Below, one piece after another: positions 27,431 through 39,391 of a stretch of DNA of 64,000 nt (positions are counted from its first letter, which is position 1; every line of letters starts with the position of its first letter). The DNA comes from Octopus sinensis (taxonomy: Eukaryota), in contig NC_043000.1 of NCBI RefSeq assembly GCF_006345805.1, positions 77,500,001 through 77,564,000 on the forward strand, read 5' to 3'. A program made the position numbers and the translations under genes. The notes beneath the pieces were generated by a model. That model was not told the DNA's origin. It saw only the letters and a program-made list of their open reading frames with translations, and ran no database searches.

Positions 27431-27832
27431 ATACTCTCTTTTACTCTTTTAATTGTTTCAGTCATTTGACTGCGGCCATGCTGGAGCACCGCCTTTGGTC
27501 GAGCAAATCGACCCCGGGACTTATTCTTTGTAAGCCCAGTACTTATTCTATCGGTCTCTTTTGCCGAACCGCTAAGTGACGGGGACGTAAACACACCAGC
27601 ATCGGTTGTCAAGCAATGCTAGGGGGACAAACACAGACACCCAAACACATACACTCACACACATATATATATATACATGTATACGACAGGCTTCTTTCAG
27701 TTTCCGTATACCAAATCCACTCACAAGGCATTGGTCGGCCCGGGGCTCTAGCAGAAGACACTTGCCCAAGGTGCCACGCTGTGGGATTGAACCCGGAACC
27801 ATGTGGTTGGTTAGCAAACTACTTACCACACA

Positions 27833-27838
<6 letters not shown>
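27431..27838 (-). mobile_element. Full-length tRNA-derived SINE (octopus OR/OK-type by resemblance)
   Basis: Head TGGCTGTGTGGTAAG (A box) and GGTTCAATCCC (B box), a ccttgggcaagtg central motif and a tail aagagtaaaagagagta. Several copies occur in the window. Confidence 0.88.
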
Positions 27839-27927
<89 letters not shown>

Positions 27928-28004
27928 TATATATATATAGATATATATATATATATATATAGATATAATATATATATATATATATAATATATATATATAT
28001 TGAT

Positions 28005-29286
28005 AATAAGTGTGATCGTATACGAGTGGGTATATATTTATAAAAAAGTTTGAAAACGCTACTATATAAGATGAATTTGAATTTTCTTAGAAATTTTATA
28101 TGTTTCGGTTCTTCTTGAAAAAACGAACCTTATCAAAAATATTTTAAAAAGTTAAGTGTAATAAAAACGTTCATAATTGTTTCTTACTGGTCTCAACAGA
28201 ATCCACGTTGTTGTTTTTTGTGGGGAGTAAGTATAATAGCTGTCTTATGTGTTCCTATGGTCAGTGGCTGAAATGGCAGTAGCAGCAGTGACTGTTGGTC
28301 GTAGTAGTAGTAACCGTGGTGGTGGTGGTGGTGGTGGTTGGGGTTGCAGCACCTCATTGGTTGTAGCAGCTTAGCTGTGGCAGTAGCAGCAGCAGCAGCA
28401 GTGGAGGTCTGTTGATCGTAGTAGTAATAGTAGTGACCATAGTGGTTGTAGTAGTAGTAATGGTAGCAGCAGTAGTAGTGATCCTGGTGTTAGTGGTAGA
28501 ATTCCATTTTTCTTTTCGGAAGACCAATGTATTGTTTTAATGTTCCTGGGCCAGGGTGTTCAAACTTGGTCCGAATTTTCTAATGAAATAAAGTTCTTTA
28601 TTTTGGCGTTGAGTGAAGTTTACGCTGTCACTGAATTTGTAAAGTGGGCAAGTTGTGAGTTTGGGATTTTTATTTGAAGCACATCTATCTATGTGTCCGC
28701 TGACTGGTATTTTCCTTTATTCAGGATTTCTAATTTGGGATTTATGCACCACCATCCTTTTTCGTAAGCTGTTTTTTGTATGGCCTATATACTGCCTATT
28801 GCACCCTGCGCATGTTAAGACGTAAATTAAGTTTTCTAATGCACAAGTGAAGTTTGTTCTGATGGTAAACTGATGGCCTTGTTCTAATGTGAATTCTGAA
28901 CCTTCTACCATGATGACACAGATTCCGCAGGTGGGCTTTCCACATTTTCTAACTGCTGGTTTTGTGGTTGTTGTTGAGTGCAGTTTAGCTTAAGTTAAAA
29001 TCTTTTTTAAGGATTTTGGTTGCCGTTTACTTTTAATGATGGTGTGTGTTTCGAGGATTCGGTTCATCTTTGGGTCTCCCTTGAGTAGGGCTGTGCTTTG
29101 TAGTATGGTGTTGAAGGCCTCATTGTTAAGTGGGTTGTGTGTAGAGATGTAGGGTAGGGTTTTTAATTTTTCTTTCTTTTTTGGTTTTGTTTGTCTCAGG
29201 TCTTCTATACCTAATTTAAGTGCTCGTTGGATTGCACTGTCTATTAGGGGCTGTGGATAATTTCTATTTATGAGTGTAGTTCTGAG
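28005..29286 (-). mobile_element. 5'-truncated PLE (GIY-YIG only) with 3' pLTR, flanked by (TA)n
   Basis: Remnant 28537-29286: NRNYPQPLID..LPYISTHNP..IIKSKRQP, CGKPTCGIC, LIYVLTCAGCNRQYIGHT and FGPSLN. Two internal stops. Confidence 0.9.
28091..28140 (-). ncRNA. Minimal hammerhead motif, U3-A8 core variant
   Basis: UUU-UUGAUAA-GGUUC-(13 nt)-GAACC-GAAA-C-AU-A-UA-AAA. Stem III has a C.A mismatch, possibly decayed from ACAUGU. Confidence 0.6.
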
Positions 29287-29320
29287 TATACATACAGATA
29301 TACATACATACATATATATA

Positions 29321-29358
<38 letters not shown>

Positions 29359-29407
29359 AAACAAGTAAAAAATAGAAAATGCTAAAATAATTTTATAGTG
29401 AACATTT

Positions 29408-29445
29408 CAGTACCGGTTTCGGTCATTTTGAGACCTTTTCAACTG
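29408..29445 (-). ncRNA. Minimal hammerhead ribozyme, U3-A8 core (sense to the PLE ORF)
   Basis: CAG-UUGAAAA-GGUC-ucaaaau-GACC-GAAA-C-CG-G-UA-CUG, with the ACCGGU palindrome at stem III. Confidence 0.78.
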
Positions 29446-30150
29446 TAACGATTAAATAATTAAATTTAGAAAAATTAGAAGAAAAGTTTTCTTAAAAGAA
29501 TATTTCTATAGTAGTGTTCAGATTTAAGTGGCATTCTGCCTTTCTCTGACTCCTTGTTTGCACTTGTGTGTTCGAGGTAGTTGTGAGTTCTTGGTAGGGT
29601 AGTAGAGGGAAGGCTGGTGAGGAAAGGGGGGTGGGAGAATCTGGGAGTGCCCTGATGGTCGTATTTTGAATGGTCAGTGGCGGCTGGCAGTCTCAGTTCA
29701 ATTCAGGAGAATATTTATATTGACAGGCTTGTTTATAGAATTAGCGTAGGTGTTATACTAAAAAACATTAGTGACAAACTTAAGGGGTAGGGGGTGGAGA
29801 AGAAGAAGAAGAAGAAGAAGAAGAAGAAGAAGGAGAAGGAGAAGGAGAAGATGATGGTGATGGTGGTGATGATTATGACGACGATGATGATGATAACGAT
29901 GATGATGAAGAAGAAGAAGGAGGAGAAGGAGAAGATGGTGGTGATGATGGTGGCGATGATGATGACGCCGATGATGATGATAACGATGATGATGAAGAAG
30001 AAGAAGAAGAAAAAAAAAAAAAACAGAGAAGGGAGAATATGAATGGGTGTAAATATAGCTATGAAGGGGCTGATTAGTAATGGATTCTATGGAGTGTAGT
30101 ATTTGTGTGTGTATATATATTTTTTTCTTTTATTCTAAAGTTGAGGTATA

Positions 30151-30978
30151 TTAATTGTTTGTCGTAGACCCGTTAAGAAGTGGCTTGTATTTTGTAATAA
30201 AGAGATTTTCTTTACTTATTCTTTGTCTCGAGGTTGTATCGTCCCTAAATTGGTAGAGGGGGGAAATTCTGAAGTTTGGTGTTTTTTTGTTGGCGCAAGT
30301 ATCTATGTGTTGGCTAAAAGCTATTTTTCTGTTTTGGGGAATTTTTATCTGGGATCTGTGCAGGGCCATTCGTTTACGCAAACCATTTTTTGTTTGGCCT
30401 ATGTACTGCTCTTGACACCCGGAGCAGGTTAGTGAGTATATTAGGTTCTCCGAAGCACATGTGAAGTTGCTTTTCACTGTAAACCGTTGTCCCTGTTTGA
30501 AGGAGAACTCAGAACCCTCGATTAGATAGTCGCATATCCCGCAATTGGGTCTTCCACATTTTTTTATTGTCGGCTTCTGTGTTGAAGAGTGAATTCGGGC
30601 TTGTGTAAGGAGACTTTTCATGGATCTAGGCTGTCTTTTGCTTTTTATGATCGTGTGTTTTTGGAGGATTGTGTTCATTCTGTGGTCTTTTTTTAGGAGG
30701 AGTATGTTGTGGAGGATGGTGTCGAAGGCTTCGTTATTGAGAGGGTTGTGTGTGGAGATGTATGGTAAGGCTTTTGGTTGTAAGTTTTTCTTTGATTTGG
30801 GATGTCTCAGTTCCTTGATGTTAAGTTGAAGGGCACGTTGAATGCACTTGTCAATAAGTGAAGGTGGATAGTTCCTGGTGATTAGGGTATCTTTTAGTTC
30901 TTGTAGCCGTGTGTCTCTGGTGTTTGCGTTAGAGACTATAGTGCATATCCTTTTTGCTAGATTGAAGGGGATATTCAT
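30151..30978 (-). CDS. PLE RT thumb, Cys linker and GIY-YIG endonuclease (275 aa, open)
   Basis: NIPFNLAKRICTIVS, RNYP..LI, CGRPNCGIC, LIYSLTCSGCQEQYIGQT, RMALH, HIDTC and KYKPLLN. Confidence 0.9.
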   Translation of the reverse strand: MNIPFNLAKRICTIVSNANTRDTRLQELKDTLITRNYPPSLIDKCIQRALQLNIKELRHPKSKKNLQPKALPYISTHNPLNNEAFDTILHNILLLKKDHRMNTILQKHTIIKSKRQPRSMKSLLTQARIHSSTQKPTIKKCGRPNCGICDYLIEGSEFSFKQGQRFTVKSNFTCASENLIYSLTCSGCQEQYIGQTKNGLRKRMALHRSQIKIPQNRKIAFSQHIDTCANKKTPNFRISPLYQFRDDTTSRQRISKENLFITKYKPLLNGSTTNN

Positions 30979-31112
30979 CCTGGTGTGTCTGGGGTGGCAT
31001 GAAGGGAGTCAGAGAAAGGCAGAATGCCACTTAAATCTGAACACTACTATAGAAATATTCTTTTAAGAAAACTTTTCTTCTAATTTTTCTAAATTTAATT
31101 ATTTAATCGTTA

Positions 31113-31150
31113 CAGTTGAAAAGGTCTCAAAATGACCGAAACCGGTACTG
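31113..31150 (+). ncRNA. Inverted copy of the U3-A8 hammerhead
   Basis: Exact reverse complement of 29408-29445. Confidence 0.78.
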
Positions 31151-31237
31151 AAATGTTCACTATAAAATTATTTTAGCATTTTCTATTTTTTACTTGTTTT
31201 TTCATATATATCAACTCGTGTGTTCCTTTTCACCCTT

Positions 31238-31278
<41 letters not shown>

Positions 31279-31289
31279 CATATATATAT

Positions 31290-33340
31290 ATATAATGGAG
31301 ACGTGTGTGTCGGTGTTTGTGTCTGATATTATGGTGCAAATCCTTCTGGCTACACATTTATTCTATTGTATCTTGGGTGGCATGAATCAAAAGCTAGGTA
31401 CTGCTTGGAGTCTGTCGGTTTATAATAGATATCTTTCTCTACTTTTTTGCCGACTTTCTTAATGAGGATGTCTAAAAATGGCAATTTTTCTTCGTTATGA
31501 TCTATCGTGAACCGAATATTTTCATTTATTCCATTTAATAGCATTTTAAATTCCTCAAGTTTTTCTATGCTTTCATCCCAGAGGAGGAAGTACTCGTCGA
31601 GATATCTTTTCCAGTTGTTCTGGATATAGGTGGAGAAAGTGTTTCCATATTTCTCGAGTGTTTTCTGGTAGAGTATTATCTCGAGGTATCCCATCCCTAT
31701 GTTGGCCAAAGAAGGCGCGGTACGCGTACCCATCGCTGTTCCCGATCTTTGTCTATAGAAATTATTATCAAAAATAAAGTAATTGTTTTCTAAAATAAAT
31801 CTAAGTCCTTCTATTTTGAGTTCTTTATTTATGCGAGTTGGAAGTTCAAGGGAGTAGTTGTTTAGCCAGAAAGTGATCGCTTCTGTTCCTAGGGTGTGAG
31901 GGATGTTTGAATAAAGGTTAATTACGTCGAAGGATACTAGTAGGGTTTTCTCATTGACTGTTTTTGGGAGGTGGTTAAGCATGTCTATATCGTCTCTTAC
32001 GTAGCTTTTGATGCGCTTTAGGAAAGGTTTAAGAAGTGTGTCTAAGAAGTTGCTGAGGCGGTGAGTTTCACATGCTGGGCCTGCTATTATCGGTCTAAGT
32101 TTAAGATCATTTGGTGAAGGGATTTTGAAGAGTATGTCGGTAGATGTTTTGCATGTTTTACTAATTATTTGGCTTTTGTGGACTTTAGGGATACCGTAGA
32201 ATAAACTTGATTTCCACTTAAAGTTAGTGATGTAATCGTACTCCTTGTCCGTGAGTCCTTCTCGGTATGTGTTGATTAATGTCCTGAGGTTATTCATTAT
32301 TTTTGGTTGATTATAATGGGCCCTTTCATATGTTTCATCTAATAGGGATAGTACTAAGTTTTTATAATCGTTTGTGTTCATTAAAACTACCGCGTTGCCC
32401 TTATCTGCCTCCTTAATTGTTATTGTTTTATCTTCTCTTAGTTTGATGAGGTTGTTCCATTCTCTTTTGTTAAAGTTTTGGCTGTATTTTTGCTTCTTGG
32501 TGAATTGAAAAGGGAAATTAGTTATGTAGTCACAATAGCGGTCTAGGGCTTTATTCTTCTCCTTGGTAGGGGTGTAATCGCTGTTGTTTCTAGCTATTGA
32601 TTCGTCATCTATTTGTTTGCCATGAAATTCCTCGGCAAGTCTTAGTTCCCTACAAAATTCCGAAATATCGTCTTTCATTTCATAGTAATTTGAACGTTGT
32701 GGGGCTGGTGTAAATTTAAGTCCTTTGGAAAGTATGCTTATTTCGTTAGGTGTAAGTTCTTTATTTGAGAGATTGATTATTTTAATTACCTGTGGTTTCT
32801 TTTGTTTGTCCGTTGCCATCGTGTATCCATGTTCCTGTGTGTTAGATCTAAAAAATGGTTGGTGTAGTTATGTTCAAAAATACTGTTTATCTGTCTCCAG
32901 TTGTTATAATTTTCAGAGTGAGTTTGTGGTGCTCTGTTTTGTAGTGTGTTTTTGTACCTCGTGTTCCGTCTTAGTGTATCAGGTATATTGTGTTGGTAGT
33001 TGTTTCTTCCGTAGTGTGTTTGTTGTTTGTTAGGTTTGTATGGTTGGTTACTAGAGTAGAGGTTTGGTGGTTGAGTCTTAGTTGGGTTATGTATATTGTA
33101 GTTCATAGAATTGTGTGTTGTATCCCTATGGTTCTTGAAATGGTGTGGTGGGTCCCTGTAAGTGTTTTGGGATTAGTGTAGGTAGTGTGGGGTGCGTTTT
33201 AAATGTCTTTTTCTGGTGTGGAGTGTATTTAGATTTCTTGGTGGTTGTTCCGTTCTGTTAGTATTTGGTTTTGTTTTACTTAATTTTATGAAGGGGTTCT
33301 GGATATGTATTCATTTTTGAAGTTGGTTTCATAATCCAAG
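31290..33340 (-). mobile_element. PLE 5' and RT portion, truncated after the thumb by a (TA)n tract
   Basis: Contains ORF 31350-32819 and an upstream N/Q/T-rich frame (32786-33106) joined to it by a frameshift. Confidence 0.88.
31350..32819 (-). CDS. Penelope-like reverse transcriptase (489 aa, endonuclease missing)
   Basis: INLSNKELT..LSKGLKFTP, IKEADKGNAVV, FYGIPKVHK, LRPII, SFDVINLYSNIP, RQRSGTAMG, WKRYLDE (catalytic DD appears as DE) and KPTDSKQYL..SCHP. Confidence 0.92.
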   Translation of the reverse strand: MATDKQKKPQVIKIINLSNKELTPNEISILSKGLKFTPAPQRSNYYEMKDDISEFCRELRLAEEFHGKQIDDESIARNNSDYTPTKEKNKALDRYCDYITNFPFQFTKKQKYSQNFNKREWNNLIKLREDKTITIKEADKGNAVVLMNTNDYKNLVLSLLDETYERAHYNQPKIMNNLRTLINTYREGLTDKEYDYITNFKWKSSLFYGIPKVHKSQIISKTCKTSTDILFKIPSPNDLKLRPIIAGPACETHRLSNFLDTLLKPFLKRIKSYVRDDIDMLNHLPKTVNEKTLLVSFDVINLYSNIPHTLGTEAITFWLNNYSLELPTRINKELKIEGLRFILENNYFIFDNNFYRQRSGTAMGTRTAPSLANIGMGYLEIILYQKTLEKYGNTFSTYIQNNWKRYLDEYFLLWDESIEKLEEFKMLLNGINENIRFTIDHNEEKLPFLDILIKKVGKKVEKDIYYKPTDSKQYLAFDSCHPRYNRINV

Positions 33341-33718
33341 AACCAGTTGGATATATGCATATATACACAGATAAATAGATGGATAGATATAAACAGGGTG
33401 CGATGGGTAAATTGTGGCCATGTTATACTTTTACTTTCACGCATGCGCATTGTTTCATTTTGATTTTGTCGACTACACAGTATAGTAGGGAAAGTTGTGA
33501 GAAAAAACAGCATGATGCAATTACACAATCACTCTATTAACTGTAGACAGTTTTTCGGCGATTTTACGCCATGTCCACCTTCAAAATAACCTACAATCAA
33601 TCACGTATAGAACCTGAAACATGAAAATGTCAATTAATAAAATATATAAACCTTTACAAGTCAGAATAAACATAAAACGATATTTTATGGGGTGTCTATT
33701 ACTTCTTTTATGTCTGAC

Positions 33719-33835
<117 letters not shown>

Positions 33836-33914
33836 TGTGTGTGTTTGTGTGTCTGTCTGTATGTGTGCGTCATTAAAACTCGAGAACTACCCAACAGATT
33901 TCATTCACATTTTA

Positions 33915-34250
33915 CACATGCAGGACCGCCTTAAATGGTTTTAGGCGAAGAAATTGACCCCAAGGACTTATTCTTTGTAAGCCTAGTACCTATTCTATAG
34001 GTCTCTTTTGCCAGACCGCTAAGTTACGGAAGCATAACCACACCAGGATCGGTTGTCAAGCGATAGCGGGGGTGGGGAACACAGACACATACATATAAAT
34101 AAATACATATATACGACGGGCTTCTTTCAGTTTCCGTGTAACAAATCCACTCAAAAAGCTTTGGTCGGCCCGAGGCTATGGTAGAAATCACTTGTCCGAG
34201 GTCCCACGATGTTGGACTGAACTCGGAACCATGTGGTTGGGAAGCAACCT
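33915..34250 (-). mobile_element. tRNA-derived SINE copy (family of 27431-27838)
   Basis: ggacttattctttgtaagcc.agtac.tattctat.ggtctcttttgcc, cgacgggcttctttcagtttccg and gaaccatgtggttgg. Confidence 0.85.
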
Positions 34251-34263
34251 GCGACTATATATG

Positions 34264-34306
<43 letters not shown>

Positions 34307-34797
34307 ACACATATGTATATATAAATATGTATAGCCGTATGCATACATACATACATACATACATACATAATACATACATACATACATACATACATACATA
34401 CATACATACATACATACATACACACACATAATATACGCCTAACAACAGACCTATATGCATACATACGCATAAATATACACTTGGATGAAACGTGCGTGCA
34501 CACAGACATAATATACACCTCTCAACTGAGCTGTATTCAAACACATAAACATAATAGCACACAGCCACATACATACACACACACAATCAATCAAATACAA
34601 ACACAACCAGTAATATACACATACTCCCATTCTTTTAAACACACCAGCATACACGATACAGACAATGCCATATCAACACAGACACACGTAGCAATATAAA
34701 TATATATACACGCATACACACAAAAGACAGATAGTCTCTCACTCTCTGTCTCCTCTTGTGTCTCTTGAACACACATACACATGCACATACACGCACA

Positions 34798-34851
<54 letters not shown>

Positions 34852-35454
34852 TGAAATATATCCATGTCAGAAACATGACTTCAGAATTAATTAAATATGG
34901 ACATGAACGAGTATTTATTAGATTTAATTACAAGGAAATGTTATCATGTGTCTACAGAATGTGGCATTAAAATCTTTCATTGATCTAAAGTAGCAAGAAT
35001 CTTAGAGACTGAAATATTCCATATAAACACATACACATGAATACATACCTGACCACAAAATTCACATCCATTTAGACATGTACACCTACGCCAGATACGA
35101 TTCCACACACATATATGCGCGCGCGTGCACACACACACATGCATGTATAAACATATGTATATGCGCCTGTATGTGTGTATGAGTAAATGTATACAAAAAA
35201 GTACACGTTCATTTATGTACACGCACACACACATATGCATACACACATGCTACCATGTATATTTATGTATATATTTTAATATATGTACGTAGATGTTTAC
35301 ACGCGCACACATGCACACACTTATATACATACATGCATACACCTGCATATATGTATATATACGTGTATGTATAGATTTCAATATGCATGCGTGTAAAATC
35401 ATACATGTAGTTTCATACATGAATATGTATATGTGTGTGTGTGAATATGCTTTT

Positions 35455-35545
35455 ATGTATGTATGTATGTATGTATGTATGTATGTATGTATGTATGTAT
35501 GTATGTATGTATGTATGTATGTATGTATGTATGTATGTATGTATG
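35455..35545. repeat. (TATG)n microsatellite; similar arrays at 34340-34410 (CATA) and 38030-38220
   Basis: Direct reading. Confidence 0.95.
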
Positions 35546-36009
35546 TGTTCACGCATTTATATACACACATGTCTATCTGTGTATGATTATTTCAACAGCC
35601 ATGTAAACTGCGTTCGGGCAGTCAGGTTTAATTAAAAATTAACTTAATTGACTAAATAAATAAGAGGAAGAAAAAGGCCTAAATACAAAATGGATGTCGT
35701 ATTCTATTATATGTATTTCTGTTTGCATGAATTGGTTCACGGTGTGTTACTGTTGTTATGGTTGCTGTCCATGACGATGTTATAGCTATTATTAATGATG
35801 GTACTGTTGTTCTTGTTATTGTAGTAGTTAGTGTTATTGTTATTGTTTTCTTGGTTGGTGCTGTTGATTTTGGTGAGAGTGGTTTAGGATTTGTCTTTTC
35901 CAGGAATATATTGTCTTCATTCGTTTCACTGTAATTTCGTTTACACACAAACACACACACATATGCACATACACACACACACACACACACACGCACGCAC
36001 GCACACACA

Positions 36010-36070
<61 letters not shown>

Positions 36071-36086
36071 ACATGCATATGTATAT

Positions 36087-37125
36087 ATGAGCGCGTGCTA
36101 AAAAGTTCACCGGCTGACCATAAAGGAATGATGCTAGAGCTATAAAATCTTGCAAGCATCATTTCCAACATTTCTTATTAATAACTGTATTGTTTCCTTC
36201 CAAATAAACTGAAGTCCGACAGTTCAACGAAGACTTCAACAGTAATTAATAGCAACTTCTCTTAAAAATCGACAAGCTTTTGGCATGTTGCTGTTATCAA
36301 GTACCCGCAGAAAAAAAGGCTTTAGCCTCCAAAGACATGCATGCTGACATGGTTGCTACATCAGGAGATGACGCTCTAGCTTTATCAACCGTGCAAATGT
36401 GTGCAACTGAATTAAGAACGAGAAGGGTGCGTCTTCAAGAGTGTCCAAGGTCCTGATGTCCTGCAACTGCCACTACCGAAGAAGACATTGATCGTTTTCA
36501 CCACATGGTGATGGATGACAGGCGATTGATAATAAATGAAATAGCCAATGCTATTAGCACATTTTGTGAGATAGTTGAGAATATTCTGTATAATGAACTT
36601 GGCCTGATAAAGGTTTCTCTGTTCGGTGGGGGCCACGTCTTCTGACAGGAGATCAAAACGGGATCTTCTAACATTGCTTCAGACAGATTCAGCTATTTTC
36701 CTTGAATGTTTCCTAACCCAGAGTGAGTGTTAGGTTCATCACTTTGAGGCCGAGACAAGAGGCAATCCATGCAGTGGAAACACCTCTTCGCACCTTCTTT
36801 TCATCTGCAGGGAAGGTGATGGCCTCAGATTTTAGGGATGCAAAAGACATTCCGATTATTTACTTTCTTGAAAAAGATTACTATGCCAGCTTGCTGAGGC
36901 TGAGGCAGGTACAAAAGGCTATTAAGCCCAAACGTTCAGGAAGACTGACGAAAGGGGTGTTGTTTCATTAGAACAATGCTCCAACACGTATGTCCTTGGT
37001 TTCAATGAATGCTGTTCGTGACTGTGGCTTTGGATTAGTTATTCAGTCTCCCTATTCTCCTTATTTGGCCCCACCTGGCTATCATCTGTTCCTCAACATG
37101 AAAAAACAGTGCCGCAGTGCTGATG
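36087..37125 (+). mobile_element. Mariner (DD34D) relic with internal deletions
   Basis: TIR-like start atgagcgcgtgctaaaaagtt. Degenerate transposase VIKY..KK....KDMHADMVAT.GDDA.ALSTVQ and HSPYSP.LAP..YHLF.NMKK. Confidence 0.8.
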
Positions 37126-37749
37126 ACGTCATCATGAAACTATTAGTACCTTGTTCGTAAGTGCGCATACTAAATGAAATATATAAGGTATATATATATA
37201 TATATATATACACACACAATGGGCATCCACAAAGTTTCTGTTTACCAGCTTCACTAACAAGGCATTGGTCGGTCCGGGGCTATAAAAAAAAACACTTACT
37301 CAACGTGCTGTGCATTGGGACCGAACGCAAAACCACATGGCTGCAAAACAAGTTTCTTAACCACATATGTTTAATTAAGTTGAAATTAAATAGCTCTGAA
37401 ACACTGTTCCTTTCCCTTAAGGATTGTGAGCCCCTTTTTATTTTAGATATTTTAAATGTTGTCATTTTAAATATACCGGAAATTAAAATTTGTCTTGAGA
37501 CATAACTAACGCATCATTGATTATATATTTATAACAAGAAAAAGTATAAAGCATCAACACCAACCTCTTATTTTTAGCGTTTCACCCTTCAGTTGAAACA
37601 AAACCGTTAAAATATTTTTAAATTATTTACAGTCGTACTCTCTTTAACATTGTATTAAAATTAATATTATGCATATATGCCAACATCAATTTTTTTTTCC
37701 TAAAATATTAATAGTCTTTTTTCATAGCATATTGAACAAAATTAACTCT

Positions 37750-37805
<56 letters not shown>

Positions 37806-38279
37806 CCATTTTCTCCCTCTTCCTCTCTCTCTCTCTCCATATATTTGAGTGTCTCTCATTTCTCAACCTACTCGCACATTTCCCTGAATGTTTATATATT
37901 CAGATATTTTGTCTTTTCTTCATATCCTATGAGTTACAAGATAAAATGATACATATCTTTCATTAGTACATTAGCTTACAGCTAAGATAAAAATTTATAA
38001 AATATATACACACATACTCAAACGCATCCAATGTATGACTGTATGTATGTATGTATGTATGTATGTATGTATGTATGTATGTATGTATGTATGTATGTAT
38101 GTATGTATGTATGTATGACTGTATGTATGTATGTATGTATGCATGTATGTATGTTTGTATGTATGTATGTATGTATGTATGTATGTATGTATGTATGTAT
38201 GTATGTATGTATGTATGTAGGTAGGTAGGTATGTAGGTACGCACACACACACATATATACACACATCCAAAATAGGCAA

Positions 38280-39391
38280 AATTTGGCATCGTGGTGTTAT
38301 CAAGTACCCGCAGAAAAAGGATTTGGCCCTCAAGGACATTCATGCTGACATGATTATTACATTAAGAGATTACGCTCCAGTTTTATCAACAATTGGAAGG
38401 TAAGCAGCTGAATCTAGGCGAAAAAGGGAGCGTTTTGAAGATGACTCCAAATTCTAGACATCCTGCAACTGCCATCACTAACAAAAACATTGATATGTTC
38501 ATCACATAGTGAAGGGTGACAAACGATTGACCTTGAACCAAACAGCCAATACTATTAGCATATCTCGTGAGAGAGTTGAGAATATTTTGCGCAATGAATT
38601 TGGCATGATAAAGGTTTCTGCTCGTTAGTTGCCACGTCTGATCAAAAGTGCACCAAACTCATCACATTACGGGGCATTCTTAAATTGTTTTGGAAAGATC
38701 CAGTCGGTTTCCTAACTCAGGATGAGTGTTGCGTTAATCACTTTGAGCCAGTGATAAAGAGACAATCCATTCAATGAAACATAACTCCTCACCTGCTCCA
38801 AAGAATACCAGCGTCGTTTCGTCTGCAGGGAACATGATGGCCTCTGGCTTTTAGGATGCAAAAGCATTGTGTTGATCGGCGAGCTGGCAGAATCGTTTGC
38901 ACACCGGCAAAAAGCTTAACGGTATTTCGTCCATCTTTACGTTAATAAAGAAACATATTTTGAAATGGGTCACACCGAAGCAGTTACGAAAGGCTATGAA
39001 GCCCAAACGTACGGGAAAACTGACAAAATAGGTCTTGTTTCATCAGGACAACGTTCCAGCACGTAAGTCCTTGTTTCAATGAGTGCTGTGCGTGACTGGG
39101 CTTTGAATTGGTTGAACGCACAATTCTCCAGAATTTTCCCCATCTGTTCCTTAACATAGAAAAAATCAGTTGGCTGGGAACCAATTTCGCAGTAATGATA
39201 ACGTCATATCTGCTGTTTATGACTTTTTTGGCCAACTGGATGAAAGCTTCTTCGTCAATGGGATCCAAGCTCTACAACACCATGGAAGAAGCATGTGGAC
39301 CTGAAGGGGGACTATGTTGAGAAATAAATCTCATTTGGTTACATTCCATGAGAATGTCTCAGTCAGCCTTTTAACTTTACAACCGACCTTT
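38280..39391 (+). mobile_element. Second mariner relic of the same family, carrying a SINE fragment
   Basis: Homologous to the 36.3-37.1 kb region. C-terminus WKKHVDLKGDYVEK*, followed by a TIR-like cagccttttaactttacaaccgacc. Confidence 0.82.

Larger units (their letters stand above)
29348..31210 (-). mobile_element. Young 5'-truncated PLE with an inverted pLTR copy (206-bp terminal inverted repeats)
   Basis: 29348-29553 and 31005-31210 are reverse complements with no mismatch visible by eye. They enclose an intact 275-codon ORF and a 3' UTR. Confidence 0.92.

Noticed and set aside
27770-27838. tRNA-like heads (also 53073-53150) as tRNA genes
   Set aside because: They continue into SINE bodies that are repeated in the window and do not form a complete cloverleaf.
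29794-30042. 82-aa poly-K/M ORF
   Set aside because: It is the antisense reading of trinucleotide repeats in a PLE 3' UTR.
30151-32819. The RT ORF and the endonuclease ORF as one gene split by an insertion
   Set aside because: Both pieces contain the SCHPR...RICTI thumb segment with different sequences, so they come from two separate related copies.
37108-37145. CUGAUGA...GAAA...GUA hammerhead look-alike
   Set aside because: It lies in mariner coding remnant (SADDVI), and stems I and II do not form.
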